64,000 nucleotides of DNA, taken from assembly GCA_964368835.1 (NCBI GenBank), contig CAYJCZ010000001.1, forward strand, positions 25,481 to 89,480. Reading direction: 5' to 3'. The notes below the pieces were generated by a model. That model did no database searches. It was not told the DNA's origin and saw only the letters and a list, made by a program, of their open reading frames with translations. Source of the DNA: an uncultured Candidatus Saccharibacteria bacterium. GTDB taxonomy: Bacteria > Patescibacteriota > Minisyncoccia > Phycocordibacterales > UBA6065. Positions 10,201 through 18,851 of this stretch are shown here, piece after piece (the first letter of the stretch is position 1; each line of letters begins with the position of its first letter). Position numbers and translations under genes: made by a program.

Positions 10201-10757
10201 TCACATCGAGGACAGATCTGCATAGACTTGAAACCTTCATAGACGAGTCCTTTGTCATGAAGCGTCTTGAAAGCCCACCAGACAGACTGAGTGTAGCCAG
10301 GATCCATAGTTCGATAATCATCAACCATATCTACCCATCGACCGATACGAGGGATGATATCGCGCCATTCCTTGGTGTAGCGAAGAACCGCTGCGCGAGC
10401 TGCTGCATTGAACTTCCCTATTCCGTATTCGAGAATATCTTTCTTTGTTTTAAGACCAAGTTCTTTTTCAACAAGGTTTTCTACTGGTAGACCGTGACAG
10501 TCCCAACCCCAGCGTCGAGAAACATGATAGCCTCGCATTGTTTTGTAGCGAGGAATGACGTCTTTTATAGTAGTTGGCAAAAGGTGTCCGAAGTGTGGAA
10601 GACCTGTTGCAAATGGAGGACCGTCAAAAAATACGAACTCTTTTCCGCCCTTTCTCAGAGATTTGCCGAAAATGTCGTTTTTTTGCCAAAATGAAAAAAC
10701 CTTGTCTTCTATTTCAACAAGCTTTGTCTTGGGTTTTGTATCAGGTGCATCAGCCAT
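7263..10757 (-). CDS. ileS: isoleucine--tRNA ligase with an inserted histidine-phosphatase (PGAM-like) domain
   Basis: HIGH region (PHFGHLLP), CP1 editing region, WGAPIPVW and KMSKS motifs. An inserted domain of about 180 aa carries RHGESEAN, SDFLRTKETA and IVSHG motifs (residues about 510-690). Start chosen at MADAPDTKPK; the ORF track extends to 10778. Confidence 0.9.
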   Translation of the reverse strand: MADAPDTKPKTKLVEIEDKVFSFWQKNDIFGKSLRKGGKEFVFFDGPPFATGLPHFGHLLPTTIKDVIPRYKTMRGYHVSRRWGWDCHGLPVENLVEKELGLKTKKDILEYGIGKFNAAARAAVLRYTKEWRDIIPRIGRWVDMVDDYRTMDPGYTQSVWWAFKTLHDKGLVYEGFKSMQICPRCETTLSNFEVNQGYKDITDISVFIQFELIDTPKTYFVAWTTTPWTLPGNVALAVHPDIEYVFVTSKIAETTYVVAKALAESVFGAEHKIIKTVLGRELVGKKYKPLFPYYNTNATKNITNAFKVYAADFVTTTDGSGIVHIAPAFGEDDMKLGEREKLPFIQHVGMDGKIKPEVSDFAGLDAKPKAVEKDGHQKTDIEVIKWLAHNGLLLEKKKIIHSYPHCWRCDTPLLNYATSSWFVKVTNFKSNLVKANKKIGWTPEDIRDGRFGNWLEGARDWAISRSRFWGAPIPVWRGLKSGKTYTVGTIEGLSKLVKRSGNKYTLARHGESEANALGISNSDVTAKYNLTEKGRVQVLAQAKRLAKSGIDVIVASDFLRTKETAKIYARELGIPENEIVYDVRLREFKVGSEREGKLWTETDKYVRTHGLYPGMETPDELKKRSFSALFDIDERHSGKKILIVSHGAILNTLSHSVADTPSSDKVLHDERRYFKEPGEMHSLDFVPLPHNEDYNLDLHRPFIDEIDYVAPDGEELERVPEVFDCWFESGSMPFAESFYVGKARPHFNPMGGLFNRTVGYPADFIAEGLDQTRGWFYSLIVLGVGLFGKSPYKNVVVNGLVLAEDGQKMSKSKNNYPPLMPTVEKYGADSLRYFLASSPAVKAEDVRFSEKGVDEVSKKFLQRLDNVLSFYEMYATGNTQETLSFTSKNVLDLWIHARFLETLSEVTTGLEKYQIDKGARPLLAFVDDLSTWYLRRSRDRFKSDDLADRNAALETTRYILREFSKIMAPYTPFYAEHLFSKVKATNDPESVHLTTWPTVSKFDEKVIDDMTETRKLVTIALQERAKANIKVRQPLSSLKVKSKSLGQEFIDLIQDEVNVKSVTVVNALETDTALDITVTDELRKEGVIRDLIRSVQELRKTEKLTVGDKVVLLVDSDEKGKELVAKFASEIKRVTLVTGIEHENLSHVATLAIEEYIYKIALRK

Positions 10758-10792
10758 AGATACGATGTACATTAGCAATTTTTAGCCATTTT

Positions 10793-10822
10793 TGAAAGAA
10801 AAGCCCGGCGGCCTTTCGGCCG
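10793..10822 (-). terminator. rho-independent terminator after argS
   Basis: Hairpin GCCCGGCGGCC-TTTC-GGCCGCCGGGC with T-run on the minus strand. Confidence 0.7.
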
Positions 10823-10834
10823 CCGGGCATTCTC

Positions 10835-12556
10835 TTACATTTTCTCCGGAACTCTCATGCCTAGAAGCTTTAATCCATTTTCTAGAACAATTCTCGTTGC
10901 TTGAGTGATCGCAACGCGGATCGGAGACTCTGGATCGTCTTTCTTTACGATTACAACGTTTGCATACCAAGCATTAAACATTGATGAAAGCTCAACTAGA
11001 TATGTCGCAACCAAATGAGGAGCTCTCTCATTAGATGCTCGTGACACCACCTGAGGGAATTTTGCCAGATGTCGAGTTATCGCAGTGGTATACACACCTT
11101 CCTTTGCAATTTTAGGCTTTATTTTTTCCTTCTTTGCTTTTTCTAATACAGATTGAGCGCGAACAGCCGTATAAAGAAGATATGGACCAGAATCACCTTC
11201 AAAAGAAATTGATTTATCAAAGTCATAAATAATGTCGCTTGATGTGACCTGTTTGAGGATTGAATATTTTATCGCTGCGATCGCAACGATCTCTGCGGTC
11301 TGTGCTTTTTGCTTGTCATCCATCTGACGGTCTTTGAGTTTTTCATGCACAAGACCCTCGACATCACGAATAAGCGATTCACCTGTAATCACATTCCCCT
11401 TTCTCGAGGACATCTTGCCCTCAGCAAAGCGAAGCATGCCGTGCGATATATGTTCCGTTGCCTTTGCTGCTTCTGGCTCGATTATCTCAAGAGCCTTCAT
11501 CACAACGCGGAAATAATCTGCCTGTTCATTAGCGGTAATAATGATCGACTTATCTGGTCGAACTTTTTTCCACTTCTTGGTATTAAGTCCTAGCTCCTTG
11601 GTCTCATATGTTGGAATTCCCTGTGAGTTAATGAACACGCGCGTATGCAGCTTTGGGTCGTACTTCTCCCCTTTAAACACAACAGCGCCATCTGACTTTT
11701 CAAAAATACCTTTTTCGAGATTCTCCTCAACGAGAGCCATGCCATCATGAACAACCTCACTTTCAAGGTAGTAATAATCAAACTTTGTCCCAAGCTTTTT
11801 GTATATTTCTTCGAAATGCTTGAGGCTCCAGCGACGACCAAGCTTGTAAAGCTTCATAAGCTTACGATCTTTGCCCTCAAAGACTTTCTTGTTGATCTCG
11901 ATTATCTCCTTCTTTGCCTCTGCGTTATCTTCATATGCGGTTGAACCCTCTACGTAGCAATTACCAATGAAAACAACACGATCCTTGAGCGGTGAATATC
12001 GTGAAGGCATCTTGTCTGCATTCTTTGAAATGGCCCACATTGCCTTTGCAACATGCATACCAATATCGCCCTGGTAGCACATGCGACGAATCTTTGCGCC
12101 TTGTGAAGCAATAAGTCGTGCGATCGACTCTCCGATTGAGTTCGACATCAAATGCCCAATATGAAATTCCTTAAACGGATTTGGATCTGTGTATTCGACG
12201 AGAACTTTCCTTCCCCTCCATTCATTTGATGAACCGTACAACTCTTTCCTTTTGAGAATTGTTTCGATTTCGTTTGTAAAAAAAGAATCGGCTAGAAAAA
12301 AGTTTATAAATCCAGGACCAGCTACTTCAATTTTTTCAACAAATTCAATCTTGTGCTTTGAAAGCTCGGCCGCAATCTTGCCTCCAAGTTCACGCGGATT
12401 GGTCTTGGCTGCTTTGGCCAAAACAAGAGCAATATTCGTCGCGTAATCACCGTTCGATACATCAGCAGGATGTTCTAGTGTAATCTCACCAGCCGAAAGA
12501 CCAAGTGCTTTCGCAGCGCTTACAATAGAAGTTCTAATTTGATGCTCTATATCCAT
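10835..12556 (-). CDS. argS: arginine--tRNA ligase
   Basis: Arg_tRNA_synt_N-like N-terminus (SNGDYATNIAL), HIGH-type motif (FHIGHL) and C-terminal DALR anticodon-binding region; 573 aa. Confidence 0.9.
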   Translation of the reverse strand: MDIEHQIRTSIVSAAKALGLSAGEITLEHPADVSNGDYATNIALVLAKAAKTNPRELGGKIAAELSKHKIEFVEKIEVAGPGFINFFLADSFFTNEIETILKRKELYGSSNEWRGRKVLVEYTDPNPFKEFHIGHLMSNSIGESIARLIASQGAKIRRMCYQGDIGMHVAKAMWAISKNADKMPSRYSPLKDRVVFIGNCYVEGSTAYEDNAEAKKEIIEINKKVFEGKDRKLMKLYKLGRRWSLKHFEEIYKKLGTKFDYYYLESEVVHDGMALVEENLEKGIFEKSDGAVVFKGEKYDPKLHTRVFINSQGIPTYETKELGLNTKKWKKVRPDKSIIITANEQADYFRVVMKALEIIEPEAAKATEHISHGMLRFAEGKMSSRKGNVITGESLIRDVEGLVHEKLKDRQMDDKQKAQTAEIVAIAAIKYSILKQVTSSDIIYDFDKSISFEGDSGPYLLYTAVRAQSVLEKAKKEKIKPKIAKEGVYTTAITRHLAKFPQVVSRASNERAPHLVATYLVELSSMFNAWYANVVIVKKDDPESPIRVAITQATRIVLENGLKLLGMRVPEKM

Positions 12557-12616
12557 ATAACGGCTTAAAATAAAGATACTTTGATTGTATCATTTTTGAC
12601 CCCCTTGCGAAAGTTC

Positions 12617-13051
12617 CTATTTCCCTGTAGATCCGAATCCTCTTTCACCTCGATCTGAGGTTGAAAGCTCACCGTCTTTTACTTCTTTAAAGTTTACCTC
12701 CTCGTACTTGTGAATAATCATCTGAGCAACCTTGTGACCCGGCTCAAACACATACGTTTCTTTACCAAGATTCATAACACCCACCCGCACCTCCCCGCGA
12801 TAGCCAGAGTCAACGACATTTCCATACGTAATGATGCCGTGTTTAAAGGAAAGTCCGCTTTTTTCATAGATGATACCTACACAACCCTCAGGAATTTCCA
12901 TCTTGTAACCCGTGTTTATAGATGCGCGTTCCATGGGTGCAAGTGTAATCTTTTCACCAATATAAAGATCGAAACCCGCGTCGCCTGGCAATGCAAACTT
13001 TGGCACAGGTACATTCTCGCGGATCCGAACAATCTTGAGTGTCTTTTTCAT
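12617..13051 (-). CDS. dut: dUTP diphosphatase
   Basis: dUTPase motifs PGDAGFDLY, GYRGEV and STSDRGERGFGSTG. Start chosen at MKKTLKIV; the ORF track extends to 13090. Confidence 0.9.
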   Translation of the reverse strand: MKKTLKIVRIRENVPVPKFALPGDAGFDLYIGEKITLAPMERASINTGYKMEIPEGCVGIIYEKSGLSFKHGIITYGNVVDSGYRGEVRVGVMNLGKETYVFEPGHKVAQMIIHKYEEVNFKEVKDGELSTSDRGERGFGSTGK

Positions 13052-13099
13052 AAAATCACTATAGCAGGAACAAAAAAACCGTCTACCCATGTAGACAGT

Positions 13100-13732
13100 T
13101 TAGAGTGCTTTTGAGATCGCGTTCTGTACGAGCTCCCAAACTTCATCTTTGGAGCCGGTTGCATCTATGGTCATCGAACGCGAAGGGTTCAGCTTTGCAA
13201 ACTCCTGATACCCATTGCGAACCCTGGCATGAAACTCGGGTCCACGAGTATCAAAATAGTTTGATTCACCTTTGTCTTCTGCGCGCTTCTTTGTCCTTTG
13301 CATTCCGATTTCCGGTGGAACATCCAGAATGATATACATATCCACTGCAATGAGAGGGACAATTGATGCCTTGAGCGAAGCAAACAAATCAAAGAGGTGA
13401 TGACACTCCATTCCGTAAATCTGATACGCAAATGAAGATGCATCAAACCTATCGCAAATCACTATCCTGCCCTCTTTAAGCGCCGGCTCAATAACCTTTC
13501 GAACATGATGAGATCTTCCCGAAAAAGCCTGGGTGATCTGCTCGTATCCATTAAGGTCTTTTGAATATGGCGACGTAAGAACAAGATAGCGTGGACCTTT
13601 CTCTGCAAAATCGGTGCCTCCAATTTCTCTTACAAAAAGAGCGTCAGGATATTTCTTCTTCAGATTATCAATCTGAGTTGTTTTTCCCGCACCCTCGCAA
13701 CCTTCAAATACAATAAATTTTCCTTTCTTCAT
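13100..13732 (-). CDS. tmk: thymidylate (dTMP) kinase
   Basis: MKKGKFIVFEGCEGAGKTTQI P-loop and DRF..S motif. Start chosen at the internal Met next to the glyA stop. Confidence 0.9.
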   Translation of the reverse strand: MKKGKFIVFEGCEGAGKTTQIDNLKKKYPDALFVREIGGTDFAEKGPRYLVLTSPYSKDLNGYEQITQAFSGRSHHVRKVIEPALKEGRIVICDRFDASSFAYQIYGMECHHLFDLFASLKASIVPLIAVDMYIILDVPPEIGMQRTKKRAEDKGESNYFDTRGPEFHARVRNGYQEFAKLNPSRSMTIDATGSKDEVWELVQNAISKAL

Positions 13733-13733
13733 G

Positions 13734-14903
13734 TTATTTAGATCGCAAAACCTTATCAATCCTCTTTGCTAGAGCGATCATATCTTTCTCTTTTTTGCCT
13801 CGCGTTGTTTCTCCTGCTGTACCAAGCCTAATACCAGATGGATCAACCGGTGGTCGAGTATCGTATGGAATAGCGTTCTTGTTTACAATAATCCCTGCCT
13901 TTTCAAGCTTGTCAGAAGCCTCTTTTCCGCCAATCCCCTCTTTAGCTACATCAACCAAAATAAGATGGCTTTCTGTCCCTCCTGAAATGATCCTCCAGCC
14001 AAGAATAGAAAGTTCACGCGCCAATGTCTGCGCATTTAAAATCACCTGTCGAGCATATTTTTTAAATGCTGGTGTAGCCGCTTCTTTGAGCGCAACAGCG
14101 ATCGCTGCAGTCTGGTTCATGTGAGGACCACCCTGAAGTCCAGGAAACACCGCTCGATCAATTTTTTTATTTAATTCCCTGCTATCTACTTTAGAAAAGA
14201 TGAGCGCGCCTCGAGGACCACGAAGTGTTTTATGTGTAGTTGTCGTCACAATGTCTGCGTACGGAAACGGCGATGGATATGCCTTGCCAGCAACAAGACC
14301 TGCAACATGTGACATATCAACCATAAGATACGCTCCACACGCAGTAGCAATCTCACGGAACTTTGCCCAATCAATGACACATGGGTATGCCGTAAAACCA
14401 GCAATGATCATCTTTGGCTTTTCGCGAAGTGCGATTCGCTTTAACTCTTCATAATCTAGAACTTCACTTTCTTTTGAAACGCCGAAAGGTACTTGAGTCC
14501 AGAACTTTCCTGTCGCAGACACTTTATGCCCATGAGTAAGATGTCCGCCATGATCAAGTGACATTCCCATAACCTTATCCCCTTTTTCCAAAAGCCCTAC
14601 ATACACAGCGAGATTTGCAGGAGATCCTGAGAGCGCCTGAGTATTAACCGCCCAATCAAACGGGCTCAATCCAAATAGCTTTAACGCTCGCTCGACCGCC
14701 ATGTCCTCAACCTTATCAACTACCGTGTTACCACCATAGTAACGTTTGCCCGAATAACCTTCCGCGTATTTATTTGTAAGCTCCGAGCCAAGAGCATCTA
14801 GAACATCCTGCGATACATAATTTTCGGATGCGATGAGATTGATAACTGACTTCTGTCGTGCCTTCTCTGCCTTTATGAGCTTTTCTACCTGTTTGTCTTT
14901 CAT
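13734..14903 (-). CDS. glyA: serine hydroxymethyltransferase
   Basis: LIASENYVSQDVLDALGSELTNKYAEGY and the PLP-lysine region THKTLRGPRG; 389 aa. Confidence 0.95.
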   Translation of the reverse strand: MKDKQVEKLIKAEKARQKSVINLIASENYVSQDVLDALGSELTNKYAEGYSGKRYYGGNTVVDKVEDMAVERALKLFGLSPFDWAVNTQALSGSPANLAVYVGLLEKGDKVMGMSLDHGGHLTHGHKVSATGKFWTQVPFGVSKESEVLDYEELKRIALREKPKMIIAGFTAYPCVIDWAKFREIATACGAYLMVDMSHVAGLVAGKAYPSPFPYADIVTTTTHKTLRGPRGALIFSKVDSRELNKKIDRAVFPGLQGGPHMNQTAAIAVALKEAATPAFKKYARQVILNAQTLARELSILGWRIISGGTESHLILVDVAKEGIGGKEASDKLEKAGIIVNKNAIPYDTRPPVDPSGIRLGTAGETTRGKKEKDMIALAKRIDKVLRSK

Positions 14904-14976
14904 GGCGATTAAAGTTATTGGTTAAAATCAATATATCACGAGCACAAAGGCTTGGCATGCAAAGAAAAAGCCCAGA

Positions 14977-15510
14977 CTACAGAGTCCAGGCTAAGGGATT
15001 TCTCGCATAACTATCGAGAAACTTTTCCATGCGTTGATACGTGAACATGTCACGGTCCACAAGTGTTTTCCGTACGACAGCAAAACGAGCTGTGGGATTA
15101 AGGACGACATCCTCAAACTCATCAATTGGCCAAACGATGCAATCATTGACCCGCACATCTGCCTCGTATTCATCGGCCTCGTAATTGAAATCAAGGACGA
15201 AGTCTTTGCAAATGATGAGATTGGTCTTTGATCTGAGATCTAGACACTTGTAGCAATAGACGACCAGCAATTCTTTGAGCGTAAGAAGGCGTTCGGTCTC
15301 CGATACAAGCCTTGTGTCATACACCTCTCGAAAATTCTCGAAACTACCTATGCCCCGAAGCATGGGTTCAATTTCATAAGGATCGTTAAACGTTGGTCGA
15401 AGTGCGACTTCCACTGCATCACAGTAGGCATCAACTTGCGTAAGGAGCTGTTCTGCTGAAAATTGGGGGTCTATTTGAAACCGCCCAAGAGTTTTAGGCG
15501 ATGTATTCAT
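14977..15510 (-). CDS. hypothetical protein (177 aa), no recognisable family
   Basis: Clean ORF between glyA and the ThyX-like gene. Acidic, no TM. Confidence 0.4.
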   Translation of the reverse strand: MNTSPKTLGRFQIDPQFSAEQLLTQVDAYCDAVEVALRPTFNDPYEIEPMLRGIGSFENFREVYDTRLVSETERLLTLKELLVVYCYKCLDLRSKTNLIICKDFVLDFNYEADEYEADVRVNDCIVWPIDEFEDVVLNPTARFAVVRKTLVDRDMFTYQRMEKFLDSYARNPLAWTL

Positions 15511-15591
15511 AAATGAACTAGTGCTGCATGTAATTCAAGCACACTTTGGCCTTCTTTCAAGGCTATGCAGCTTTAATAAAACAGTTACAAT

Positions 15592-16890
15592 GTGGCCATG
15601 AGACAAATAATAATTGTTGACGATGTAGCACCGGAGGCTAATGCGATGCTTCAGGCACTTTATTCACGAAGCCCGAAGAGCGTAACAGAACATCTTGAGC
15701 AGGTAAGAAAGAATGGCGCGGAGAAATTTATGGCCTCGTACTACGTCGGGTACGGCCACAAGTCTATTGGAGACTGCGGTACCACTTCTATCTTTGTCGA
15801 AAACGTTTCAATGCTTGTAGCAAAGGCTGTTCAGGACTGGGCACTTTATAACGGTCAGGAGGCTTCGACTCGATACATTGATATGTCCAAGCAGGAAATT
15901 CTTAACCCGCTTGGTTCAAAGGAAGGAAAAGTGATCCAAGATGAATGGATGAGATTTTATATGCACGTACTTGAGGCACTCATTCCAACCCTGAAGGAAC
16001 GATTCCCTATCAAAGAGGGCGATAAAGAAGTCGTATACGAAAAAGCTATCCGAGCCCGCGCGTTTGATATCGCTCGAGGATTCCTCCCTGCTGGTGCAAC
16101 GACATATGCGAGCTGGCACACAAATCTCCGCCAGGCGCATGATCATCTCAAAGAAATGCGAAACCACCCTCTCGAAGAAGTTCGCATGACAGCACTTGAG
16201 ATTTTGAAGTCACTTCAGACTAAATATTCTTCAAGCTTCCTCCACAAAGAATATCCAAGTGAAGAAGAATACATCAAAAAATCTATCAGCGAGTTCGCTT
16301 ACTACGATGAAAAATCAATAAAGAAGTTTTCATACAAAGTTCGACTTGATCTTAAGGGCTTAAAGACTCACCAGAAACTTCTCAAAGAGCGCCCAGCAAA
16401 AGCAGAACTCCATCAGCGATTCCGACAGTATGGCGACATGGTCTTTTCATTCCCTCTCGATTTCGGATCATACCGAGATCTTCAGAGGCAGCGATCAGCT
16501 GTGCAGGAAATGCCTCTTCTTTCAACCAAACACGGTTTCTATTCTTGGTATCTCGAGCAGCTTCCAAAAGATCTTCGAAAAGAAGCAGAAAAAGTACTCA
16601 AGGAACAGGAAAAACGAATCGCAAAACTCAAGACAACAGCGGAGGTAAAGCAGTACTACACCGCTATGGGATATACGATTGCCGTAAAAATGTCATGCCA
16701 TCTCCCTTCTGCTGTATACATTGCAGAGCTAAGATCATCTGACACTGTTCATCCAACGCTTAGAGTTCAAGCGCAGCGTATGGGTGATGCCATCAAGGCG
16801 TCGGTTCCAGGTATAGCGATGCATCACGACACTTCCCCAGGAACATGGAATATAAAGCGCGGTAATCAGGATATTGTGAGGAAGGATTAA
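15592..16890 (+). CDS. thyX: flavin-dependent thymidylate synthase ThyX-like protein with tandem duplicated Thy1-like domains
   Basis: GYGHKSIGD, VSMLVAKAV-QDW-ALYNGQEASTRY and ...LRQAHDHLKEMR... align to the Thy1 family consensus (GHxS, vS..vahqlvRHR.aSyn.eSqRY, NLR..H). A second weaker copy follows (RQR ... ELRSSDTVHPTLRVQAQRM). Total 432 aa versus about 220-250 for single-domain ThyX. Confidence 0.6.
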   Translation: MAMRQIIIVDDVAPEANAMLQALYSRSPKSVTEHLEQVRKNGAEKFMASYYVGYGHKSIGDCGTTSIFVENVSMLVAKAVQDWALYNGQEASTRYIDMSKQEILNPLGSKEGKVIQDEWMRFYMHVLEALIPTLKERFPIKEGDKEVVYEKAIRARAFDIARGFLPAGATTYASWHTNLRQAHDHLKEMRNHPLEEVRMTALEILKSLQTKYSSSFLHKEYPSEEEYIKKSISEFAYYDEKSIKKFSYKVRLDLKGLKTHQKLLKERPAKAELHQRFRQYGDMVFSFPLDFGSYRDLQRQRSAVQEMPLLSTKHGFYSWYLEQLPKDLRKEAEKVLKEQEKRIAKLKTTAEVKQYYTAMGYTIAVKMSCHLPSAVYIAELRSSDTVHPTLRVQAQRMGDAIKASVPGIAMHHDTSPGTWNIKRGNQDIVRKD

Positions 16891-16896
16891 ATAAAA

Positions 16897-16925
16897 ACCT
16901 CGGCTTCGGCCGAGGTTTTTATTTT
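16897..16925. terminator. bidirectional terminator between ThyX-like and dCMP deaminase
   Basis: AAAAACCTCGGC-TTCG-GCCGAGGTTTTT. Confidence 0.75.
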
Positions 16926-16931
16926 TAAGAT

Positions 16932-17483
16932 TTATTTCATTCCAGGATATGTCTCAACCTCAGAATTAATCACTTGAAGTAAGACTCCTGCTTCCTTTAG
17001 AATCTCTTTGCTTCTGCTTGCAGCATGATAATCCTTTTTCGAAACGATACGAATAATACCTGCGTTTATGAGGATTTTTGCGCATGTATAGCACGGTGTC
17101 ATGTGGCAATAAAGCGTTGCACCATTTACCGGAACCCCTTCTCGAGCGGCATTTGCAATAGCATTCTGCTCAGCATGAGTTGTGCGAATGCAGTGCTTTG
17201 ATGTTGTGCCGTCTTCTTGTACCACCGTGTGCATTTCATGGCCCACATGATCACAGTGAGCAACACCAGCTGGTGCCCCAACATATCCCGTCACAAGAAT
17301 TCTTTTATCCTTTACGATCACACAACCAGACCTACCACGATCACACGTTGCCCTCTCGCCCACCACGTCGCAGATCTTTATAAAATATTCATCCCAAGAC
17401 GGACGAACATGAGGATTCATAAGATGAGGATCGGTTTCCTTTATCGGAGTTGATGATTTTGATGTTTTTACATGCTTTGCCAT
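16932..17483 (-). CDS. comEB: dCMP deaminase (ComEB/cytidine-deoxycytidylate deaminase family)
   Basis: Zinc-binding motifs HAEQNAI and PCYTCAK, plus PSWDEYF as in dCMP deaminases. An alternative internal start is at MNPHVRPSWDEYF (17420). Confidence 0.85.
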   Translation of the reverse strand: MAKHVKTSKSSTPIKETDPHLMNPHVRPSWDEYFIKICDVVGERATCDRGRSGCVIVKDKRILVTGYVGAPAGVAHCDHVGHEMHTVVQEDGTTSKHCIRTTHAEQNAIANAAREGVPVNGATLYCHMTPCYTCAKILINAGIIRIVSKKDYHAASRSKEILKEAGVLLQVINSEVETYPGMK

Positions 17484-17507
17484 ATATCGAAAGCATACTC
17501 TTTTTAG

Positions 17508-17535
17508 GAAAATAAAAAAGCCCCAACTTTGGGGC
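17508..17535 (-). terminator. rho-independent terminator (minus strand)
   Basis: AGCCCCAAAGTTGGGGCTTTTTT on the minus strand, after ORF 17559-17810. Confidence 0.7.
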
Positions 17536-17558
17536 TAGCAATCCTAATCCATAAAAGA

Positions 17559-17810
17559 TCAATGAAAAGGATCCTTCTCGACCGTAATCTCGCCCGGAAG
17601 AGCGACCGGCTGGGTGGCAGAGCATATTGGTGCCTCATGCTCACGCAATGGATTTTTCGCCTTCTCATATGCTAGATCACTTTGATGTAGCAGAATGTCG
17701 AAAGGATGCATTTGGCGACGAAAGGCTTCAAGGGATCGAGCCAGCACTGAAGCCTCGTAAGACCCCTCGGACATTTCAGGAAGAATTACATGAACAACTA
17801 ATTTACTCAT
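17559..17810 (-). CDS. small protein, possibly Dabb/ABM-like alpha+beta barrel
   Basis: 83 aa. N-terminus KLVVHVILPEMSEGSYEASVLARSLEAFRRQ resembles stress-responsive A/B-barrel proteins. Has its own terminator. Confidence 0.35.
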   Translation of the reverse strand: MSKLVVHVILPEMSEGSYEASVLARSLEAFRRQMHPFDILLHQSDLAYEKAKNPLREHEAPICSATQPVALPGEITVEKDPFH

Positions 17811-17883
17811 AAGACGAACTGATTTTGGGTTTAAGATTCTGGGGCAATACTATCTTTTGCAAGTAAAAAAGCAAATACCTCAG

Positions 17884-17912
17884 AGGGGCAATAAAAAAGC
17901 CCCTCGAAAGGG
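17884..17912 (-). terminator. rho-independent terminator (minus strand)
   Basis: AAAAAAGCCCCTCGAAAGGGGCT read on the minus strand as hairpin plus T-run, after 17922-18491. Confidence 0.7.
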
Positions 17913-17921
17913 GCTAGCTCA

Positions 17922-18491
17922 TTAACTCTTCCAGCCGGTGTCAGGTACCGCTTGTTTTGCTTGCTGGGAGTTTTCTGAAAACATCAGAGTCTCCCGGCCG
18001 TAGAGCGGGTTCGGACGAAACGTCTCGAGACAATCAAACCGAATAGGACTGGCTGTGTCGAGCTTGTAGAGCCAAATACATTCCTCGACCGCAGCCACAA
18101 CATCAGAAACATTCGGGGTACAACGCTCGAGCATCTGTTTCGGATTGCAATCGATCGCTCCGCCCACAAGTCGACTGACCTTTTTTCGACCTGTATGCAG
18201 GACGAGAATTGGTTTACCATAGCGCCAGAGAGCGGCACCGATTTCAATACCGAGTCCCGTCGACTCTTCATCGACAAAACAAACAAAGAGATCACACGTA
18301 GCGACATTTTCTTCAATGTCGCACTTATAGACATCAGTCCTGGTGCCGTCTGTTGTGCCGAGGAATCTCAGTAAGATGATCTTGTGGCTAAGACGATCGA
18401 TGAGGGTTTTCTTGACCGAGTCCATGTATGCAATGAAAGCTTCATCCGCGTGGGTGAGCTTGTGACCAAAATACAGCATTACTTTTGACAT
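17922..18491 (-). CDS. nucleoside 2-deoxyribosyltransferase / Rcl(DNPH1)-like N-glycosidase family protein
   Basis: DLFVCFVDEESTGLGIEIGAALWRYGKPILVLH matches the D...E.G.A...GKP signature of the Nuc_deoxyrib_tr / deoxynucleoside 5'-monophosphate N-glycosidase fold; 189 aa. Confidence 0.55.
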   Translation of the reverse strand: MSKVMLYFGHKLTHADEAFIAYMDSVKKTLIDRLSHKIILLRFLGTTDGTRTDVYKCDIEENVATCDLFVCFVDEESTGLGIEIGAALWRYGKPILVLHTGRKKVSRLVGGAIDCNPKQMLERCTPNVSDVVAAVEECIWLYKLDTASPIRFDCLETFRPNPLYGRETLMFSENSQQAKQAVPDTGWKS

Positions 18492-18570
18492 GAGGTACGA
18501 GTTTTGAGGGTTCTAAAGTCGATATTACGCTTTGGAGAAAGAAAAGCAAACATTTACAAAAGTACATTAA

Positions 18571-18600
18571 AAAAGCCCCGTCAGAAAACGGGGCTTAGGT
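18571..18600 (-). terminator. rho-independent terminator (minus strand)
   Basis: AAAAAAGCCCCGTCAGAAAACGGGGCTT. Confidence 0.7.
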
Positions 18601-18607
18601 GGTGTTG

Positions 18608-18754
18608 TTAGGCGGCCTTTTCGAAGCCAAGGGGAAGATCAGAAGTCTGATCGTCGCCGTAGATTTGATCGGGCGTCTCAGTGACGTCCGGTTTTTTTTG
18701 TTCCGGATCGTAATCCTCAGGAACAATATCCTTGATCACCAATTGAGTATTCAT
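18608..18754 (-). CDS. small acidic hypothetical protein
   Basis: The ORF-track version (to 18865) overlaps the rplK terminator hairpin, so the internal Met MNTQLVIKDIVPEDYD... is more plausible. Confidence 0.3.
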   Translation of the reverse strand: MNTQLVIKDIVPEDYDPEQKKPDVTETPDQIYGDDQTSDLPLGFEKAA

Positions 18755-18805
18755 AAGAGAAAACGTGTGTGCTGAACCTCTCTCATTGTACTTCTCATAT
18801 ATTTT

Positions 18806-18846
18806 TATGTAAAAGGAAAACCGCGCACTTTTCAGTGCGCGGCCTT
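18806..18846. terminator. bidirectional terminator downstream of rplK
   Basis: CCGCGCACT-TTTCA-GTGCGCGG with U-runs on both strands. Confidence 0.7.
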
Positions 18847-18851
18847 CTTTT

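Noticed and set aside
7263-10778. Possibility that the extra 200 aa in IleRS is an intein
   Set aside because: No intein splice-junction residues (Cys/Ser at +1, terminal His-Asn, following Cys/Ser/Thr). The insert has complete histidine-phosphatase motifs instead.
16932-17483. dCMP deaminase as an anti-phage nucleotide-depletion (dCTP deaminase-type) defence gene
   Set aside because: It is a plain 183-aa ComEB-type enzyme without the N-terminal kinase or other accessory domains of defence deaminases. It sits in a housekeeping dTMP-synthesis context.
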